Assembly: GCF_001194135.2 (NCBI RefSeq)
Contig: NC_068996.1
Coordinates: forward strand, 1,201,050-1,257,293
Source: Octopus bimaculoides
Taxonomy: Eukaryota
Length of the DNA: 56,244 nt
Reading direction: 5' to 3'
Under the pieces are notes generated by a model. That model was not told the DNA's origin. It ran no database searches and worked only from the letters and a program-made list of their open reading frames with translations. Both the position numbers and the translations under genes were made by a program. Within the stretch, counting starts at the first letter, position 1. Each line of letters begins with the position of its first letter. Of this stretch, positions 50,469 through 56,244 are shown one piece after another.

Positions 50469-51530
50469 GTCTTGGCACAGCTTCTAACGTTGGAGATGTA
50501 CTACGGTGCCGCTGTTCACTACCAGTGAACTAAAGTAACACCTCTTATTTTTCAAGTACCATCAGGAATATTCGATCGGTTCCAAGAAGTGCTGTTTTCA
50601 GCAAATGATCCACCCTTATTGCAGCCCCTACTTGTTCCAGGTACTTCTCGACATTTTTGCTCACTGTTCCCAGGGCTCTGACAATTATTGGTACTACTGC
50701 TACCCTTCACATCGACCACAACTTCTTAACCTCCCAAGCTAACCTGTCATATCTATCAACTTTTCTGTCTTCCTTATCGCATACCTTGTTGTCAGCTGGG
50801 CATGCTGTACCTATGATCCAGCATCGTTTGCTTTCTTTCTCAATTAATACTATGCCCGGTTTCCTATTCTCTATCTCATGGTCGCACTGAATCAGAAAAT
50901 CCATCCCATAGGATATTTGCATTATCATTTTCGATGATGTCTTCGAGTTTATGTTGGTACCACTTTTCACTCTGTCAAGTCCATAATTATTGCAATATGT
51001 CCAATGGACAGTCCTTGCTATATTGTCGTGGCGTCTCTTATATTCTTTCTAGGCTAGTGGCGTACATTGGCTGGTAATATGCCATACAGTTTCACCGTTT
51101 TGTCCACAGATTCTGCACTTATCACTTTCTGATGTCTATTCTGTATTTAATGTAATTCGTTTGTAACGCTTGCTCTTGGGCAGCACAGATTAGAGCCTCC
51201 GTTTCCGGCTTTAAATCACTTTTAGTAATCCGTAGTCATCTTCTTTATTTGTCTGTCTTATCTTCAAGATCCTTATGAAACTGTAAATCTATCCTTTTCT
51301 TTATCCACCTATTTTCAATTTCATTCATACTCATGTGCTTGTACAGTGCTTTATCTTTGCAATCTTCCATCCTACTTAAACCTGATCTTCTTACTTCTAA
51401 TAATAATAGTTCTGTGGCATTTTTTACGTACCATACTATGTTGTTTTCTTCTGCCCTAATGCTGTGTTCGCATCGACTGAGTCCTCTTCCACCTCTTTAT
51501 CTTGGTACATATAGTCTCTGTCACTGTGAT
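50469..51530 (-). mobile_element. 5'-truncated R4/Dong LINE of a second family, with (TAA)n tail
   Basis: GGRGL...KPETEALICAAQEQ...CRICGQNGETVWHITSQC...HEIENRKPGIVLIEKESKRCWII...ALLGTDRI. Confidence 0.9.
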
Positions 51531-51559
51531 AAAAAATGGAGATCATTGCGGTTACTAAC

Positions 51560-51930
51560 AAGAGAAACCATGTGTGAACCCGACGGTAGTAGGTATAGAA
51601 ATTTAGGGATTTTGGAACCGGATGACATTCTACACAGAAAGTCAAGCTCGGCGAGGCGTATCAAAAAAGGGTGAAGATGGTGTTGAAATCCAACCTGAAT
51701 GCCAAACATTTGAGTACCGCAATGATATCTGGCAGTTGAGGTGGTCAGATATAGTGCATCCATCATCAAATAGACTAAGAAGGAAATATTAAAACTGGAT
51801 AGAACGATGAGAAAGTTGATTACGTTGAAGGCAGCGCTACACCCTAAAGCAAACGTAAACAGACTGTATATGAAAAGAAAGAATGGTGGCAGAGGACTAA
51901 TTAGTATAGGCTATTGTATAAGGTGATTGG
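51560..51930 (+). mobile_element. Degenerate R4/Dong LINE fragment (thumb region)
   Basis: YRNLGILEPDDI...RVKMVLKSNLNAK...LHPKANVNRLYMKRKNGGRGLISI. Confidence 0.8.
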
Positions 51931-52599
51931 AGCGTTAGGCTCAATCACAATGAAACTTCAAAACTTCTTAAGGCAACTGGAAATCCCAACCAAGATTGAT
52001 GTCTTGCAACCCCACGCTGAATAACAACATGGACGTGCTACATCAGGTTCCCCATTCAAAAACAAATCTAATCCAATAACATCGATGGAATTAGCTAAAG
52101 GAACTTGTGGAAGACTTGAAGGAAGCAGTTTTTTTAACGAAAATAATAAATAAAAAGAAAGCGAAATTTTACTGTCATACAAAACACAGTTTCTCCCATG
52201 CACGATGTCTCAGTGAAGGATATGCGAAACGCACACGCGAAATCAACATCGGAAAGTTTACAAATTATAAAATAGAAATGGAACAAAACTGTAAGTACAT
52301 AAATTGAGAAATTACGCATACACTCGAATGTCTACACAATCATATATACATGTTGATACCCATAGGACTACACATACAGCTCAATGTTTACACAACTACG
52401 TGAAATTTACAGGACACACATTTATGCAAATGAGAGCACGTGTCACAAACGGAGCAAAAACAAAACTTTTTTTTAATTTTCGTTTTTCTAACTAACTCAG
52501 ATAGAGTGAACCATCCATAAGTTTAAAAACACCACAAAAAAACTATGTTCGGAAATAAATCTATCAACAAAAAAAACGTAAAATAAAATACAGACGAAA

Positions 52600-55236
52600 A
52601 CAGATCTGTTAGCCTTAAGAAGCTACGTTACGAGCAATGATTACATTCATAGAACTCGGAGACGGTGTTGTCTCAAACAATTAACCCTAAACAGACAGAT
52701 CCGTCCCCTAATAACAATGTTGAAGCTCGCCACACCTTACTGTTAACAAAGCAAAATACAAACCAGAATGGTCATCAACCAGTTTATAAAAGGTCACGTG
52801 CTCGAATGATGAACCAGATTCGATACGAAAAACCAGCTTCTGGTTCAAATCTTCTTAGTTCACAGGAGCAGGAAGTACCCAACGATCGGAATATTCCAAC
52901 AGATGGCCATCCATGCTCGTCATCAAATAACCAAAAGAAAAAGAATGAAAAGTGGTCTAGGGAAGATAATAAAGAAGTTCTTACGGTCTTCTACCATGCC
53001 ATATATTTCCCTACAGATAAATCTAATACTGTACAAACCTACTTCAACTGGAAACAGAAATACATTGAAGTAAGACCCTACATGGACAGTAACAAATTTG
53101 CCAACGTCAGAAGGAACATTATGAAAAAGAAATTATGAACTGAATTAGAGACTGACCAAATTAAACAAGCAGTAAGGGATAAAAAGAACGAAGCTGCAGC
53201 TAAAGAAGATACTACAGAGGAAACAATTATAGACCAGCCCAGGTCTGAGGAGAATGCAATAACGATTGAAAGCATTAATTTAACTGATAAGTGAAGTGAA
53301 ATACTCACTGAACCAACCATAAAGCAGATGAAAATCAAATTGATGAAGAAAGTCACACAGAAATTGAACCAACAGAACTACATGATCTAAAAAATCAAAT
53401 CATGATTGAATGGCTGAAAATCAAAGAAACCAGTATGAATGAACGCGACACTCTCCCAAAAATACGCAATTCTAACCAAAACCTGAAAATAATTGGTAAA
53501 ATCCGCCTTGCACTTAAGATATAATTTCAGCTAACGATGCTGATTTTACAGATCTCAACCACCTGTACTATCCGTGAAAATCTCAACAGTTTCATTTGGT
53601 GAAAAGATTAGAAAACGACAACATTTCCACAAAAAAGCTTTCTTGGCAAGAGCGTATTCAACACCAAATTCAGCTACTTAGGCCTGACATAGAATGTTTG
53701 AAAAGCCTTAAGTCTGACAAGACTATCAAACCTGCAAAAACCTGGAAATTAAAGAAAAAATATAATATGAAAACCATAATTGTCATTGATGCCACCATAG
53801 AAACTATCAAGCAAAAGGTATGTGCTAAAGCTGCTCGCATAGCAAGGTATGAAAAGCGCATTAGATTCTTCAAGGACAACAACGTGATCAAAAATAACCC
53901 CCCAATTTTTTTAATAGGTAGATAGGGAAAATACCAGTTACAGTAAAGTCTGTCCCATCAAAAGAAGACGTGCAGGAAGTTGAGAATAAAATTTGGACAG
54001 AATAAAAAACACAACGAATTAGACTCCTTAGAGGAGTAAAAGTGGGAGGGTGTCAAGGTAGAATATAAAAGATCTGCTCTCAGGAGATCAAGCAAATGGA
54101 AATGTCCAGGAAAGGATAAAATTCCTAATTTCTGGTTGAATGCCTTCACAGAGAGTCATGAACTGCTAACAAGACTTTACAACGATGTCTTGCAAAATCC
54201 TAGTTTGATTCCCTCTGGATTAGTTAATGGTTTAACATTCCTACTTCCAAAAAACGAAGAAACAGATGAACCAAAAAATGATCGACCCATATCCTGCTTA
54301 ACAACAATGTATAAGACGCTAACATCTGTCCTAACTGAGTATACCTATAGTTTTTTTAATAGAAAGTAGCATATTCCCTAATGAGCAAAAGGGGTGTAAA
54401 CGTGGATCTTATGGTTGTAAAGATCAGCTACCCATCAATAAGATGATCTTAGAAGATTGTCACAAGCGACACAAAGACTTGTCAATAGCCTGGATAGACT
54501 ATAAAAAGGCCTTTGATAGCCTACCACATAGCTGGATTAGGAAATGTCTGGAAATGTATAAAATAGCATCTACTCTGCGAAACCTTTTGTCTGTAAGTAT
54601 GAGAACATGAAGAACCACACTGACTTTGAACAGTGACAATTAATCTCTTAATGATGGAGATATGAGAATTCCATATGGCATTTTCCATAAGAATTCCATA
54701 TGGCATTTTTTCTATCACTACTCCTCTTTTGTCTAGCCTTAATACTTCTCTCGAAATTGCTCGATGATGTACAATACAGCTATAAAATGTTTGATAAAAA
54801 ATATAAATCATCTCTTTTACATGGATGATTTAAAGCTCTTTGCAAAAAATGACCAACTCAAGGGCTTATTAGCGATTGTCAAACAATTCGGTGATGACAT
54901 AAGAATGCAATTTGGTCTCGATAAATGTACAAATGTTGGGACAGAAACATCTATCATTAACCTTGACCAGCAGAATGTCATAAATGAGTTAGAACCATTG
55001 GAGAGCTACAAAACCCTAAGGGTAATTGAAGGATACGGAATCAAACATTCAGTGATGAGGGAAAGGATCAGAAGAGAATGTTATCGCAGGTGAGAGCGAT
55101 ACTGAAGACAGGGCTGAATGCAAGAAACAGGATCGAAGCGATCAATGCTCTAGCCATACCAGTCGTGACTTACAGTTTCAATATCATTAACTGGTCAATT
55201 ACTGAAATATGTAATGTCGACAGAAAAATGCGAAAG
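52600..55236 (+). mobile_element. R4/Dong LINE retaining its 5' half (Myb-like N-terminus to RT), cut off at 3'
   Basis: EKWSREDNKEVLTVFYHA...NKFANVRRNI; KCPGKDKIPNFWL; RPISCLTTMYK; [15 protein letters not shown]; [15 protein letters not shown]; LFYMDDLKLFAK; FGLDKC; multiple stops. Confidence 0.92.
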
Positions 55237-56170
55237 CTGTTTCCTAATCTCATCGAGCTCTAAGACTGTTAGCCATCCTTTCTTCCTTATTGCACTTACC
55301 TGGTCACAGAATCTTTCACTTCCGTAATATCTGAGACCTGCTTCTCCATCCATATGTCATGCAACTTCTTTTTATATCCTCTTAAGTGTCTCCCTTTATT
55401 GTCAGTGGATATACTCAAAAACAAAAATGACATTCTATGACAGCTGTATTCATTGTCTTAGTCCAGTGTCTTAGTTCTAGCAGCGGTAAAATGACGAGTG
55501 GACCTGTGCTGCTCGCCCACAGGGTACTTCCTGGACAAAAGTCCGTCACCTGTAGTTCCGCCCTCCTTTATGTCTTTGTTCGTGTTAATTCTGTTATTCG
55601 TTACTCTCATGCAAAAGTAAGTATTGTCTCAGCCACCAGTATTTTGATCGAAACACCATCACAAGAACGGCTTGTCTAAAAAGACTTGAAAGGCCCTTTT
55701 GGCCTTAGAAATTTAAGTGAGCTTTCTTGCGCGGGGCACCAATTCAGTGCTCAGTAGCTGGCGAAAGAGTTGTTATTTAAATGGGCATTGACTCCCCAGT
55801 GTTCATTCGCCTTTAGTCAGCTCCTGTATTCCATTTTGCAGCGTGACCAAATAGCAAAACGCACCCTCCTCAGAAAGCAAGCTGTATGGGGGTAGAGGGT
55901 CAGTTGCCGACGGCCCGACAGCTGTGACAAAAAATGGCGGGGGAACGCTTACAGTTAAGTTAATAATTATTGTCAGATAGATATTAGCATTTGTATTAAA
56001 AGTTTCGCTAGGCTGCTGGTAAGAAGCGGGTGGTTTGGGGGGAGAATTTCGAGCAAGCTAGCCACGCAGCCTGTTTGATCGGTTAGTCACACAGGGTTTT
56101 TGATTGGTCCGATCGTGGGGAGGGGTTCGAGAAAGAACTGAATGAGTCTGGCTGTCTTCCATATGAATGT
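55237..56170 (-). mobile_element. 5' end of another R4/Dong LINE: Myb-like N-terminus plus putative GC-richer 5' UTR
   Basis: 55237-55490 minus reads RHWTKTMNTAVIECHF..LS...RGYKKKLHDIWMEK...ITE.RFCDQVSAIRKKGWLTVLELDEIRKQ. Assigning 55660-56170 as its UTR is inference. Confidence 0.7.
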
Positions 56171-56213
56171 GTATTAATAAAGTATACACTTTTGGAATGG
56201 AAAATTTATGCAG

Positions 56214-56244
<31 letters not shown>

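Noticed and set aside
55790-55860. HDV-like ribozyme in the putative LINE 5' UTR (minus strand ggcgaatgaac)
   Set aside because: The 3' end resembles J4/2-P2, but I could not build P1, P3 or P1.1 pairings.

Overview
AT-rich, microsatellite-saturated eukaryotic draft sequence with 12 N-gaps (about 6 kb in total). The SINE families and repeat landscape suggest an octopus, probably an Octopus bimaculoides-type assembly; this is inference from recalled repeat families, not a database result. No intact host protein-coding gene is recognisable, and most long ORFs in the track are microsatellite or N-run artefacts. The window is a transposon landscape: about 12 segments of R4/Dong-clade restriction-like-endonuclease LINEs (10 of them in 39-55.7 kb), a HERO-like LINE fragment, two Penelope-like relics, two clear mariner relics and one weak one, a Tigger relic, Helitron ends, MITE/foldback elements, three tRNA-SINE families and a decayed C2H2 zinc-finger fragment. 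Most interesting leads: (1) two R4/Dong families that appear to pair with different microsatellites, (TAA)n/(GAA)n versus (TACA)n; (2) two hammerhead-ribozyme-like motifs, one with a long-range stem II inside an inverted Penelope repeat; (3) a 72-nt near-perfect hairpin; (4) a long palindromic element carrying TTAGGG repeats; (5) a tail-to-tail junction of two LINE 5' halves.
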